Source of the DNA: an uncultured Spirochaetota bacterium
GTDB taxonomy: Bacteria > Spirochaetota > Brevinematia > Brevinematales > JAOACQ01
Reading direction: 5' to 3'
Length of the DNA: 64,000 nt
Assembly (NCBI GenBank): GCA_963835575.1
Contig: CAWIGG010000004.1
Span: forward strand, 480,001-544,000
The position numbers and the translations under genes are program-made. Positions 8,550 through 20,384 of the stretch are shown here, piece by piece; the stretch's first letter is position 1; each line of letters begins with the position of its first letter. The notes below the pieces were generated by a model. The model made no database searches. It saw nothing but the letters and a program-made list of their open reading frames with translations, and was not told the origin of the DNA.

Positions 8550-11500
8550 ATTTAATACTCCCATAATAATTGAGTTTTGAACCTGAAAACCGCCTGTTAA
8601 TACGCTTATGCAGAAAAATACCAAGTTTAAGTTTAATTCAAATAATCCTGAAAATCAAAAAATAACTCATAAAATAAATTAATAATCTATTTCAATTTTT
8701 TTGTTTGTGAAATAAAATATAATATAATGAAGTTTATATGCTTTTCAAATCACTTCCGCCGGATATTTTTTTAAAATGACGCAATATTGAATTATATTAT
8801 CTTATATTTCAGGATGGATGCTTTCCGGCTATTTACGGTTTGGGGGAAGATATGTCAGAAAAGAAACAAACCATATTGCTGGTAGAAGATGAGGCGGTTA
8901 TAGCAGAGGCCCAGGCTGAGATGTTCAGACGGAGAGGTTTTAAAGTCATAATAGCTCTGAGCGGGGAAAAGGCAGTTGAATTATTTAAAAACGGAAATGA
9001 TATTGATCTCATCCTGATGGATATAGATCTGGGCAAAGGTATGGACGGGACAGAGGCCGCTGAAATCATTTTAAAGGATCATGATATACCGGTTGTGTTC
9101 CTTTCAAGTCATACCGAGATAGAGACAGTTGAAAAAACAGACAAGATCACATCTTACGGTTATGTTGTAAAAAACTGCGGAGAGACTATTTTATATGCAT
9201 CCATTAGTATGGCTTTCCGCCTTTTTGAGGCTCATAAAGAAATAATAAAAGCGGATCAGGAAATGCGTACGCTTGCCGGTGAATGGCAGACTACTTTTGA
9301 CGCGATTTCGGATATAGTCTGGCTTCTGGGGCCGGATTTTAAAATTATCCGCTTTAACAAGGCTTCTTTAAAGGTTTTTAATAAAGACATTCTCGGCCGT
9401 TATTGCCGGGAAATAGTGTTTGGTGTAAATAGCCCGCCGCCGGACAGTCCTGTTGTTAAAATGCAAAAAACAAAGAGCCGCGAATCTGCAGAGATACAGT
9501 CCGGCGGGAAATGGTACAGCATTACAGCCGACCCTATTCTGGACCCGAAAGGCGGTATCTCCGGCGCCGTTTATATTATGAGCGATATTACGGACAGAAA
9601 AATAACTGAAGATGCGCTTAAAAATAACTCCACTCTGATGCGGAACATCATTGATTCCTCTGCCGATTACATTTATGTCAAGGACCCTGAACTCAGGACG
9701 ATACTCTGCAATAAGGTTTTTTCCGGCGCTCTCGGGAAAAAACCTGAAGATCTGTTCGGAAAGACGGATATAGAAAACGGCTGGGACCCCGAACTTGTTA
9801 AAGGCAATCCTGAAAAAGGAATAAAGGGGTTTGAACAGGATGATCTGTCGGCTTTAAAGGGAAACACAGTTGAAGACCCGAGCGAACCGGGGAATGTGAA
9901 AGGGATGATCCATTACTTCGATACCATCAAGCTGCCGCTGAAGGATGAGAACGGTAAAATTATAGGGGTTCTGGGCGTCAGCCGCGATATAACAGAGCGG
10001 AAAGAGGCGGAAGACGCGCTGAGGGAAAGCGAAGAACAATTCAGGGTCCTGGTCGAGAACGCCCCTGACGCCATGTTTGTTCAGTTAAAGGGGAAATTTG
10101 CCTATTTAAATAACGCGGCGTTGAAATTATTCGGCACCGAGGATGTTGTTGAACTATTGGGAAAACCGGTCCTGGAACGCTTTCATCCCGATTATCATTC
10201 TATCATAAAAGAACGCATTCAATCATTGAATGTGGAGCGGAAAACTGTTCCAATAATAGAAGAAAAGTATATAAAAATGGACGGGACTGTTATCGATGTT
10301 GAAGTGTCCGCCGTCCCGATCGTTTATAATAATGACCAAGGCGGCCTTGTATTCGCACGTGATATTACAGAGCGTAAACGCGTGGAAGAAGCGCTGCAGC
10401 AGAGCGAAAATAAATACAGGGCTTTGTTTGAGCATATGCAGAGCGGTCTGGCGGTTTATGAGGCAGTGGACGACGGAAAGGATTTTATATTCAGGGAGTT
10501 TAATGAAGCCGCCGAGAAGATCAGCCTGGTCAGCAGTGAAAAAGTGATTGGAGAAAGGCTTTCAACAATTTTTCCGAACATGGATAAATTCGGGCTTTTT
10601 GCGGCTTTGCAGAGAGTATATAGAACAGGCGTTCCGGAGCTTTTACCGGCCGCTTATTATAAGGACTTGATAAGGGAGGGCTGGAGGGAAAACTTTATTT
10701 ACAAGCTTCCATCGGGAGAACTGGCTGTGATTTATGATGATGTGACTGAACTGATGCGGACAATGGAGTCTTTAAAGGAAAATGAGGAACGTTTCCGCCT
10801 TCTGGTTGAAAACGCTCCCTATGCCATTTTTGTTGAGACTAAAGGTTTTTATGCCTATTTGAACAATTCCGCCGTTAAATTATTCGGGGCGGAATCATCC
10901 GAACAGCTTATCGGGCATTCATTGTATGAGCGTTTTCATCCTGATCATCATGATATTGTCAAAGAACGCCTGCGTCTTTTAAATGAAGAACGGCAGAGCC
11001 TGCCGCCGGCGGAACTCAAATACCTGAAAATTGACGGTACTCCGATTGATGTTGAAGTATCGGCGGTACCTATCGTATATGAAAGGGAAAACGGGGCCCT
11101 TGTTTTTACCCGCAATATTACAGAACACAAAAAGGCAGAAGAGGCTTTACGCAAAAGCGAGGAAAACTACCGCGCATTGACGGAAAGCTCACCGGAGATA
11201 ATATTTAGTGTAGACCGGGATTTTATTGTCCGTTTCGTCAATAAAACCACTGCGGAAAAGTTTCAATCAAAACCGGAGGACATCATCGGCAGGCATATCG
11301 GGGATGTATTCAAGCCTTCGTCGGCTGAGGGGCATAACCGGGCAATAAACCATGTATTGGAAACGGGTCAGACATTCGTTTCGGAAGTACTGGAGGAATT
11401 TCCGGCAGGGACCTGCTGGATTAAGACCCTGCTGTCGCCCTTAAAGGACGCTCAGGGCCGTGTCACGGGGGTCCTCGGCCTGTCACAGGATATTTCTGAG

Positions 11501-13166
11501 CAAAAGAAAACGGAGGAAGCGCTGAAAATAAGCGAGGCGCTTTACAGGAACCTGGTTGAAACTTCCCCCGATGGAATAGTCATGACTGACCTTGAGGGCA
11601 GGGTGATGACATGTAATGAGCGGTTCGCGAAAATATTCGGTTATGATGATGCTGAAGAAATGACCGGATTGCTGGCTTTTGATACGATGGCCGTGGAGGA
11701 CCAGGAACGCGCCAGGAGTAATATGGAAATTACCTTCAAGAAGGGAATCGTAAAAAATGTTGAATATACGCTCTTTAAAAAGGACGGTTCAAAGTTTACC
11801 GCTGAATTAAGCGCCAGCCTGGTTAAAGATTCCAGGGGAGCGCCGAATTCTTTTGTCGGAGTATTAAAAGATATCACTGACCGTAAAAAAGCCGAGGAAG
11901 CTTTAAGGGAGAGCGAACAGCGCTATAGAATGTTTGTACTGAACTCGACTGAAGGGATCGGACGGTGGGAAATCAATCCTCCCATGCCTATTACACTGCC
12001 TGAAAAAGAACAGCTTGATTATTTGTGGCAGAACACATTCAGCGCCGAATGCAATCAAACGCTCTCAGATTTTTACAAGCTGAAAAGCATAAAAGATTTT
12101 CCCAACCGGCCGCTGACGGATTTTATGCCCGAATCTGACCCGTTTAACACCGAACATCTCAGGGAATTTGTCCGCGCGCGTTATTCGATTAAAAACGCCG
12201 AATCGAAAGATGTTGATAAGAACGGCAAAGTCCATACTATGATCAATAATCTGACCGGCATAGTTAAGGACGGAATGCTTCAGAGGATATGGAGCATCCA
12301 GCGGGATGTGACGGAGTTTAATGAGCTTCAGCAGGAGCTTCAGGAAAAAAATGAGATATTCAGATTGTTTATGGAGTACAGTCCGGTTTATGTATTCTTT
12401 AAGGATGAGGATTCTAAAATTGTCTGGCTCAGTAAAAATTATGAAAAAGTCCTGGGCAAACCTGTTCGTGAATTGACTGGAAAAAGTATGTATGACATTT
12501 TCCCGGTTGAAGTCGCGGAAAAATCTGTTCAAGATGACCGATGGATTATCAGGGAAAGAAAACCAGCGGAGTTTATGGGGGAATTAAATGGGAGGGTGTA
12601 TTCAACAATAGAATTTCCGATTATACTGGGTGAAAAATCCGTTCTTCTGGCAGGTTTTACAACAGGCATTACAGAACGGAAGAAAATGGAAGATGATTTA
12701 AAAAAATGGGCTCAGCTTTTTGAACATGCGGCGTGGGGTGTCTGCATCGGGAGTATTGATAATAATAAACTGCAATTTGTCAATCCGGCTTTCGCGGAAA
12801 TGCATGGATATACCGCGGAAGAATTAGTCGGGAAGGCCTTTGATAAAATTGTGGCGCCTGAAGTCCGGGATGTTTTCCATGAAAAGATAGATATGATCCA
12901 GGAGAAGGGGCAGCATACATTTGAAAATCTGCATATCCGCAAGGACGGAACGGTATTTCCGGCGCTTATGAATGTGGCTGTCGTCAATGATGAAAAGGGC
13001 AAGCCGCTTTATAAGGCTGTTAATGTCCTGGATATAACCGAAAGAAAACTGGCCGAAGCGGCTTTAAAAGAAAACGAGGAAAAATTCCGCACTATTACTG
13101 AAACTTCCCGGGACTGGATGTGGCAGATCGATGTGAACGGCCGGCATATTTACTCTAATCCCACTG

Positions 13167-14842
13167 TTGCCTGTCGGTTTTTATAACATGCTTCATGGAC
13201 ATACGGCAGGGTTCCCGTTAAAATAAAACGGGAGAAAAAGATGGCAAGATTTGAAAAGAACAGCCTGGAGCAGGGTGAGTTCCTCGCGATCAATATAGGC
13301 GAGCAGTTTGATGAGAATTCCAGAGAATTTATACTAAAAGAATTCATCAAAAACCGTATTAAACTGGAGGATTTCGCGGCTTACTATAAGAACGACCATA
13401 GAGGCAGAGAGATTAAAAATCCTCGGGATGTGATCTGTGCGGTACTCTACGGTTACATTACGGGAAATCGTATCAGCCGAAAGATAGAAGATTTGCTGAA
13501 AAAACACATTGGGTTTATGTATGTTTCAAACCGGCTGAAAATTGACCATTCGGTAATTTGCGAGTTCAAGGTACTTTTTCAGGAAAAGATCGAGGAGTTG
13601 TTCAGCCAGCTTTTATATATACTCAACGAAATGGGGTCTATAGATTGGGACATGGTAGTGGGTGACGGCACAAAGATCAAGGCCTACGCGAGTAAGAATA
13701 AGAATGTGGGAAAGAAACATACCCGGAAGCTGATGGACACTTACCAGAAGATGGCGGAAAAGATTGTGAAACAAGACCTGGAACTGGAAGAATCTTACCG
13801 GGAAGGCAAGCTGGAGCAGCCTTATTACGAAGCGGAGAAGAAGCGGGTATCAAGGCGGAAAAAGATTTACGATAGTGTTTTGAACCAAATCGATGAATAC
13901 AAAAAACAGGTAGAGAGAGGGGAAAAGACAGACGAAGAATTCACCAACCTGACTGATCCCGAAAGCAAGCTGATGTCTGGAAATCCGCATAGTGTGTTTA
14001 TACAGGGATATAATTCGGCGATGATGGTCAGTAATAATGATGTGATTATAGATTTTGAAGCAATCACAACACCGGAAAAACAGCATACGGAAGAAATGGT
14101 AAAGAGGGTGGAACAGAAAAAAGCGGAATTAAAAGTTGATAAGGCTAGCAAATACCTTTTTGATTCGGGTTTTCAGGACATGGAAGAGACAATCCGGATG
14201 GTGGAGGAAGGAAAAGACCTTTATGTGGATACGAAAGAGCGGGATTTCAGTGATAAATCACAGAAGCGAAGAGACTTTAAACTGGAAAAGATTGATGACG
14301 AATATATCCTGGGATGCCGGGGCGGCCGTAAGGAAAATGGGTATTTAGATCGAAATAACCAAAGATATACATTTTTGTATTCACGGAAGGGCTGTGAAAG
14401 ATGTCCATTTTTCAGTGAGTGTTATAAAAACATCAAACCGAAAACACAGCAAAAGACAGTAATTTTCAGTGAGTTTGAATTGAATAATCGGTCTAAGATT
14501 GATGCTTATTTAACAAAACTTTACAGCGAAGAAGGGCAAAAGATATACAACCGCAGGATAGGTAAAGAACACGTATTTTCAAACATCAAAACACAGAAGG
14601 GTTATGTTCAGACAGTTTACAGAGGTCAACGGAAAGTGAATTTGGAGCTATGCTGGGTATCCCTTGCGCATAATTTTATGAAATATGCCCAATATTTGAG
14701 AAAATAGAGAGGATTTTGTATAGTCTGAGTATCGATTATTCGAAATTTATTATTAAAATCAGCTAAGCTGACAAAATTTTTATTTGCCCGCTTATTGTAA
14801 GGGGCTGGTTTGACTCCGAAAATGAAATAACCGACAGGCAAG
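13167..14842 (+). mobile_element. IS1182-family insertion sequence, copy 1 (1,676 bp)
   Basis: Terminal inverted repeats TTGCCTGTCGGTT / AACCGACAGGCAA(G), flanked by CTG...CTG. Same length and ORFs as the copy at 55920-57595. Confidence 0.92.
13241..14707 (+). CDS. IS1182-family DDE transposase
   Basis: YGY..G.RISRKIE, DHSVI..F, DGTKIKAYAS, TDPESKLM, GYN, DSGF, C..CP...C, EHVFSNIK. Confidence 0.9.
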   Translation: MARFEKNSLEQGEFLAINIGEQFDENSREFILKEFIKNRIKLEDFAAYYKNDHRGREIKNPRDVICAVLYGYITGNRISRKIEDLLKKHIGFMYVSNRLKIDHSVICEFKVLFQEKIEELFSQLLYILNEMGSIDWDMVVGDGTKIKAYASKNKNVGKKHTRKLMDTYQKMAEKIVKQDLELEESYREGKLEQPYYEAEKKRVSRRKKIYDSVLNQIDEYKKQVERGEKTDEEFTNLTDPESKLMSGNPHSVFIQGYNSAMMVSNNDVIIDFEAITTPEKQHTEEMVKRVEQKKAELKVDKASKYLFDSGFQDMEETIRMVEEGKDLYVDTKERDFSDKSQKRRDFKLEKIDDEYILGCRGGRKENGYLDRNNQRYTFLYSRKGCERCPFFSECYKNIKPKTQQKTVIFSEFELNNRSKIDAYLTKLYSEEGQKIYNRRIGKEHVFSNIKTQKGYVQTVYRGQRKVNLELCWVSLAHNFMKYAQYLRK

Positions 14843-16166
14843 CTGTAAAAGAAATACTCGGCTACTCTCCGGATGAAATTATTGGAGTATCGTCGTCTGC
14901 GATATTAACAAAAGAAAGCAGGGAAGAAATGAAAAAACTCCTGCCTGATTATATCAGGAAAAAACATGGCTGGACCGGATGGGTTTTACAGTGGTATCAT
15001 AAAGACGGCTCTATACGCTGGCTGGAGAGTAATGCCAGTGCTTTACTGAATTCAAACGGCAAGCTTTTCGGTTTTAGAGGAGTGGACCGTGATATAACAG
15101 GGAGAAAGAGAATTGAGGAAGCTTTAAGTGAAAGCGAAGAACGTTTCCGTAATCTTGTAGAAACCACCAGCGACTGGATATGGGAAACCGATGTGAAAGG
15201 GAAATATATCTATTCCAGTCCTAAGGTGAAAGACCTCTTGGGATATGAACCGGAGGAGGTCATCGGCAGGACCCCGTATGATTTGATGCCGGATGAAGAA
15301 GCTAAAAGAGTATCTGTTATTGCCGGTAAAATCATGAAATCCCATAAGCCGATAATCAGACTTGAAAACAAAAACATCCATAAGGACGGCCGTTTTGTAT
15401 TACTTGAGACAAGCGGCATACCGGTTTTTGACAGCAGCGGAAAATTTCATGGCTACCGCGGTATTGACCGTGATATTACAGAGCGGAAACAGGCCGAAGA
15501 AACTGTTTCCAGGGCCCTTGAAGAAAAGGAAGGCCTGCTCCGCGAGCTTCAGCACAGGGTTAAAAACAGCTTTGCCATAATCACCGGGATTGTCGGTCTG
15601 GAAACCAACAGACAGCAGGACCTTCGCATGCAGAAAGTTCTGATGGATATACGGAACCGCATCAGTTCATTGTCAGAACTGTATGATCTCCTGTACCAGA
15701 ATCAGGAAGTCAAAAATATAAAGCTTAATCAATATCTTGAGAGATTGAGCCGCTCAATTATCGAAGTTTATTCGGCTGAAAAGAAATGGATCAAACTTCA
15801 GATGCATATGGATGAAATAGAAATTGATGTAAAGAGGGCTGTTTCGATCGGGCTGATTTTAAATGAGCTGTTGACAAATGCTTTAAAGCATGCTTTTCCT
15901 GAAAAACGCCGCGGAACAATCAGGATTAAATTGAATAAATCAAAAACAGGGATTGTCCTTGTGGTGGCTGATGAAGGCATTGGACTTCCTCAGAAAATAA
16001 AATTTGACGGCCAGAGCGGCCTGGGACTGGACCTGGTCAAGCTGTTGACTTCACAGCTGGATGGGAAGATAGACTTAAAAAGGGAAGATGGAACGGTTTT
16101 CAGTGTAAAATTTCCGCAGAAGAGCAAAGAGTAAATACTATTTGCAAGGAGCTGGCTGGAACTGCC

Positions 16167-16349
16167 TTAACTCTTTTTTTTAAAAAAAGCAGCGTATATT
16201 CCTATACCGGCCATTATCAGAAAAATAAGCAGAGTGAAAAATGGAGGGACTTCGTCCTGGAACGGATTGCCGACGGCAAGCTGATGAAATGTAAAGATCC
16301 CAACTATAATAAAAAACAAGATGACGATTATTTTCGGCATGAATTTCAT
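16167..16349 (-). CDS. Small two-TM protein
   Basis: 60 aa, two hydrophobic helices, lies 11 bp after the upstream gene on the same strand. Confidence 0.55.
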   Translation of the reverse strand: MKFMPKIIVILFFIIVGIFTFHQLAVGNPFQDEVPPFFTLLIFLIMAGIGIYAAFFKKKS

Positions 16350-16360
16350 GTTATTTTCCC

Positions 16361-17725
16361 TTATTCCGCTGACTGTTTGAAGATAAGAGTAAGCCTCTGT
16401 CTGTCATAGAGATCGACAGGCCTGTTCTCCGAATAACGTATGGCCTGGGGTGTAAATTTGCCGGTGGTCACATAGAGCGCCCTGATTCCATGTACCAGTT
16501 TGAGATTTTCCACAAGTTTGGCCACCTGATCTTCGTTTACATCATCATTATCGCGGGATATCCTGACCAGAACTTTTCCGCCTCTCACATTTCTCCATTT
16601 CAGGCTTCTTTCCATGCCGACAATTTCAAGATGGTCGTCATCCTGCATGGTGCTTTCAAGCGTTTCATAACCCAGTGCTTTGAGGAAGTTCTGGCTGATG
16701 ATCTCAAAAGTCGTCGGTGTGGAAGTAAGAAGGTCTTTCAGTTTATCATCAACGCGGAGGTCCTCATATTCCGCCAATTTTGCCTGAACTTCCTGATAGT
16801 TCGGACGGAGCTGGGCGACCTTTTCCCATTGTTCCACGGCTTCCACTAGACGCCTTTCTTTTTCATAAGTCATTCCCAGCGTATAATGGATCGCGATTGT
16901 CGTATTGTTTTCTTCACTGGAATACTTAAGGGCCCTTTCAAAATCCGCTTTCGCGCCTTCCAGTTCGCTGACTTCCAGCTTGCAGATGCCTTTCTGGTAG
17001 ATTGCTTTGACTTTTAATTGATTATCTTTTGTCTGCTCGGCTATATCCAGTTCCTGCACGGCTTTTCCGTAAGCGTTCATGGCCTTGAGGATAATACCGA
17101 TGAAATAGTGCGCTTCCGGGTTTTTCGGGTCCAGCCTGACGCAGTTTGTAAAGGCGTTTAATGCCTCATTAGAACGGCTCATCTCATAATATATTTTTCC
17201 GATCAGAAAGAAAATTTCCGAACTGCTTTTTCCGGATTTCAAAGCTTTATCAAGATAGGTCAGGGCCTGTTCTTTCATGCCTCTGTCATAAAAAATATTG
17301 CCGATCTGATAGAGATATTCGGAATTATGCGGCTCGAGCTTGGAAAGGACAACAAATTCCTTCTGGGCTTCCTCGAGCTGGCCGAATTTCATGTAAATAT
17401 CAGCCAGGCGCTTACGGATGATCTTTTCTGTCGCCGAATTGGAAAAGCGCCCTGTCGATAGGACCTGCTTATACTCCACCATCGCCATTTCCAGATTGCT
17501 TGTGAAATAATACGCCTCGGCCAGGTATAGGTGGGCCAAAGGATTACGGTCGTCTTTTTTCATCAGCGCGTTCAGAGCATTGATGGCCTGCTCGTATTTG
17601 CTGGATTCAAGAAGGGCCTTTATGGAATCGAGCTTGTGAGGCCCGATTAAATTCTGGAACAGGTATAGAATGCCCAGGATTGCCACAATAATGATCAGAG
17701 CGACAATAATCAAACTTTCTAACAT
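16361..17725 (-). CDS. Membrane-anchored TPR protein with C-terminal Mrr-like restriction-endonuclease-fold domain
   Basis: N-terminal TM, multiple TPRs, then FE..SQNFLKALGYE...ALYVTTGKFTPQAIRYSENRPVDLYD, resembling Mrr_cat. Confidence 0.75.
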   Translation of the reverse strand: MLESLIIVALIIIVAILGILYLFQNLIGPHKLDSIKALLESSKYEQAINALNALMKKDDRNPLAHLYLAEAYYFTSNLEMAMVEYKQVLSTGRFSNSATEKIIRKRLADIYMKFGQLEEAQKEFVVLSKLEPHNSEYLYQIGNIFYDRGMKEQALTYLDKALKSGKSSSEIFFLIGKIYYEMSRSNEALNAFTNCVRLDPKNPEAHYFIGIILKAMNAYGKAVQELDIAEQTKDNQLKVKAIYQKGICKLEVSELEGAKADFERALKYSSEENNTTIAIHYTLGMTYEKERRLVEAVEQWEKVAQLRPNYQEVQAKLAEYEDLRVDDKLKDLLTSTPTTFEIISQNFLKALGYETLESTMQDDDHLEIVGMERSLKWRNVRGGKVLVRISRDNDDVNEDQVAKLVENLKLVHGIRALYVTTGKFTPQAIRYSENRPVDLYDRQRLTLIFKQSAE

Positions 17726-17761
17726 GAACGGCTCCCGTTTTTTATTATCTCAGCATATATT

Positions 17762-19573
17762 TTATAGTTGAGACAAATAATTATCAACAGTTGACATATT
17801 TTTATAATTCGGGTATCTGCTCTTTATATCCTGTAATATTGATTTTGCGTCCGCGGATTTGTTAAGTTTCATATATGCTTCGGCCAGATTTAAGGAGACA
17901 TCGGGATCGTCCTTTAATTTTCTCGCTTTTTCAAGAGTCAGGGCCGCGTTATCGTAATCCTTGACTTTAGAATATATTTTACCTAGCTCGGCCGTTGTAT
18001 CAAAATCGGTCGGGTTGATTTCGAGCGCTTTTTTATAAGAAGCGACGGCGTCATCATAAAGCTCGGTTTTAGCATAGGCGTCGCCCATTCCCTTATAAGC
18101 GAGATCGGATTTTGGATTAAGATCCAGCGATTTTTTGAAATACTTAAGCGCGTTATCATAATTATCCTGTTTTAAATTCAGAAATCCCAGAGCCGAGTAG
18201 CTGTCGGGATCATTGGGATTGATCTGGACGGCTTTATTGTACGCTTCTTCAGCGGCCGAATACTGCTTGAGCTCCAGATAGCTGTTTCCCATATTGATAT
18301 ATGCCGGATAAAAGCTGCTGTCTTTATTAATAGTATCGTTATATAATTTTATGGCTTCAGTATGATTGTTATTCATTGCCTGTGTTCTGCCGTAGTTGTA
18401 GGAAGCGAGCGGGTTGTCCTTATTCAGGGCATAGGCTTTTTTGTAAGCGGTCATCGCGTCCCTGCTCCTGCCGGTCTCTTCATAAGCGTTGCCCAGTTTG
18501 ACAAAGGCGGTATCGTTATTCGGGTCGATCTCGACGCTTTTTTCATAAAATTTCACCGCTTTGGCGTAATCTTTATGATAAGCGTAAATAAGGCCGATGT
18601 TGACCAGCGCTTTGGCATTGGAGGGGTCTTTCTTAATGGCTTCCTGAAAGCTCTTCAGGGCGCTGTTGTCGTCGCTGAGTCTCATAAATGTCAGCCCCAG
18701 GTTGTAATATGCCTTGGCATATTCCGGGTCGATCGCGACGCATTTCTGGAATTCATCTCTGGCTTCATTGTACATCTTTTTCATGTAATAAATGATGCCC
18801 ATCAGATAATGAGCGTCCGCGCTGTCATAATTGGCGATTGAGGACTTGAATTCCTCGAGCGATTCGTCATACATCTTTTTATCATACAGAATCTTACCGT
18901 TTGTATAATGAGCGACGCCGTTATTGGGGTCTTTCTTGAGGGCGTCGCGGCTTTTATCGATGGCATCCTGCGTCTCATTCAATTTATAATGGGTCAGGCC
19001 CTGATAGGCGTCCGCGTCGGCGTTTTTCGGGTCCAGGTCCTCCGCCTTTTTAAACTCATCCAGAGCTTCCTTGAAATAACCGGTGTTGAGGTATTTAATA
19101 CCGTTCTGAATATGCTGTTTGGCCTGATCTTCCTTAGAGGTCTTATCCTTCAGGTCATTTTTAATGATGGGTTTATCCTTTTTTATTTCATTTTTTTGAC
19201 CGGTATCCAGGCTGGCTGTTTCATCCTTTATATTAGTGTTTTTATGGTTCTTCGCGTTATCCTGGTTTTTCATGAGGTTTTTAATTTTCTTACGCAGTTT
19301 TTCAATGCGGGGATCATTGGGGTTTTCCATAAAAGCCTTATCCAGGTTGTCCTTGGCCCTCTCATAATCTTCATTATTAATATATTCCTCGGCAAGCGTT
19401 ATATATTTCTCGAGATTAATTTTTTTAACAATAAAATAGCCGGCGGGAATGGAAATGACTAGAAGACCGATGATGACGGCGAGAAGAATTTTCTTATTAT
19501 TTTGTTTTTCCCGGGGGGTCCTTGTTTTTTTAACTGGTTTAGCGGTTATTTTTTTACTCTTTTTACGGGGCAT
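17762..19573 (-). CDS. Membrane-anchored multi-TPR protein
   Basis: Basic N-terminus plus TM, then many 34-aa repeats (A.YNLG, A..DP). Confidence 0.88.
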   Translation of the reverse strand: MPRKKSKKITAKPVKKTRTPREKQNNKKILLAVIIGLLVISIPAGYFIVKKINLEKYITLAEEYINNEDYERAKDNLDKAFMENPNDPRIEKLRKKIKNLMKNQDNAKNHKNTNIKDETASLDTGQKNEIKKDKPIIKNDLKDKTSKEDQAKQHIQNGIKYLNTGYFKEALDEFKKAEDLDPKNADADAYQGLTHYKLNETQDAIDKSRDALKKDPNNGVAHYTNGKILYDKKMYDESLEEFKSSIANYDSADAHYLMGIIYYMKKMYNEARDEFQKCVAIDPEYAKAYYNLGLTFMRLSDDNSALKSFQEAIKKDPSNAKALVNIGLIYAYHKDYAKAVKFYEKSVEIDPNNDTAFVKLGNAYEETGRSRDAMTAYKKAYALNKDNPLASYNYGRTQAMNNNHTEAIKLYNDTINKDSSFYPAYINMGNSYLELKQYSAAEEAYNKAVQINPNDPDSYSALGFLNLKQDNYDNALKYFKKSLDLNPKSDLAYKGMGDAYAKTELYDDAVASYKKALEINPTDFDTTAELGKIYSKVKDYDNAALTLEKARKLKDDPDVSLNLAEAYMKLNKSADAKSILQDIKSRYPNYKNMSTVDNYLSQL

Positions 19574-19587
19574 AGCGGCCTCCTCTA

Positions 19588-20310
19588 TTATTTTTCAATT
19601 TCTTCCAATTCATTATCTATTACTTTGCCCTTGTCAACCGGTTTTATCTGGTCCAGGACCCCTTCAATATCGATCAACGGCTCCACAGCCGGGGTTGTTT
19701 TATTGGTTGAAGATGAATCGCCTTCGTAGGGGAATAATTTGTCCTTATCGAAGTCAAAAGTACTGCTCTTAAGAATCGCGAGCGCTCTCCGGATATTATC
19801 GCTCTGCGGTCCCCGCGGGGCTTTTACCAGATAATCTTCCCACTCCCTGATGGTATTATTTTTATCCTTCATTTTATAATAGGCCATTCCCTTAAACCAG
19901 TATGTCTGGACCAGGTTCGAGTCCAGCTGATAGGACTGGTTCAGGTAATCTATCGATTTCGCATATTCTTTTTTCAGAAAATAGACATAGCCTATATTAT
20001 GCGTTATGATGCCCTGCAGGTCGGGCTTATCCGCGGACTCAAAGGAAATTTTGTACACATCAAGGGCTTTATCGAAATCCCCGTTATTGACATAAGAATT
20101 ACCCAGGAAAAAGTATATAGTCGGATTTTTAAAACCTTCATCCAGTGCTTTTTTAAAACTGCCGATGGCCATGAGAAACTTTTTTTCAGAGTATGATTTT
20201 AAGCCTTTGATAAAATTCTCATTGGTTTCACTGTAAAGCGCTGAAAAAAATAGATTAAAGCAGAGTATAAATAAAACCGCTTTTATATGAGCGGGGGACG
20301 GCTTAAACAT
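19588..20310 (-). CDS. Exported TPR protein
   Basis: Signal-like N-terminus; YFFLGNSY, HNIGYVY, WFKGMAY TPRs. Confidence 0.82.
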   Translation of the reverse strand: MFKPSPAHIKAVLFILCFNLFFSALYSETNENFIKGLKSYSEKKFLMAIGSFKKALDEGFKNPTIYFFLGNSYVNNGDFDKALDVYKISFESADKPDLQGIITHNIGYVYFLKKEYAKSIDYLNQSYQLDSNLVQTYWFKGMAYYKMKDKNNTIREWEDYLVKAPRGPQSDNIRRALAILKSSTFDFDKDKLFPYEGDSSSTNKTTPAVEPLIDIEGVLDQIKPVDKGKVIDNELEEIEK

Positions 20311-20384
20311 TCTTTACCCCTCCGGTATTTGTACTTCATATTTTAAATTAATCGGCAATTAAATCCAATAAAAGGATTATAAAG

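Larger units (their letters stand above)
8852..16134 (+). pseudogene. Hybrid sensor kinase (REC, ~12 PAS, HisKA_2/HATPase) interrupted by an IS1182-family element
   Basis: N-terminal receiver (LLVEDE, LMDIDL), repeated PAS/PAC units ending DITERK, C-terminal ELQHRVKN and ELLTNALKHAF. Removing the IS plus one CTG restores ...YSNPTVKEILGYSPDE... in frame (~1,867 aa). Confidence 0.9.
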
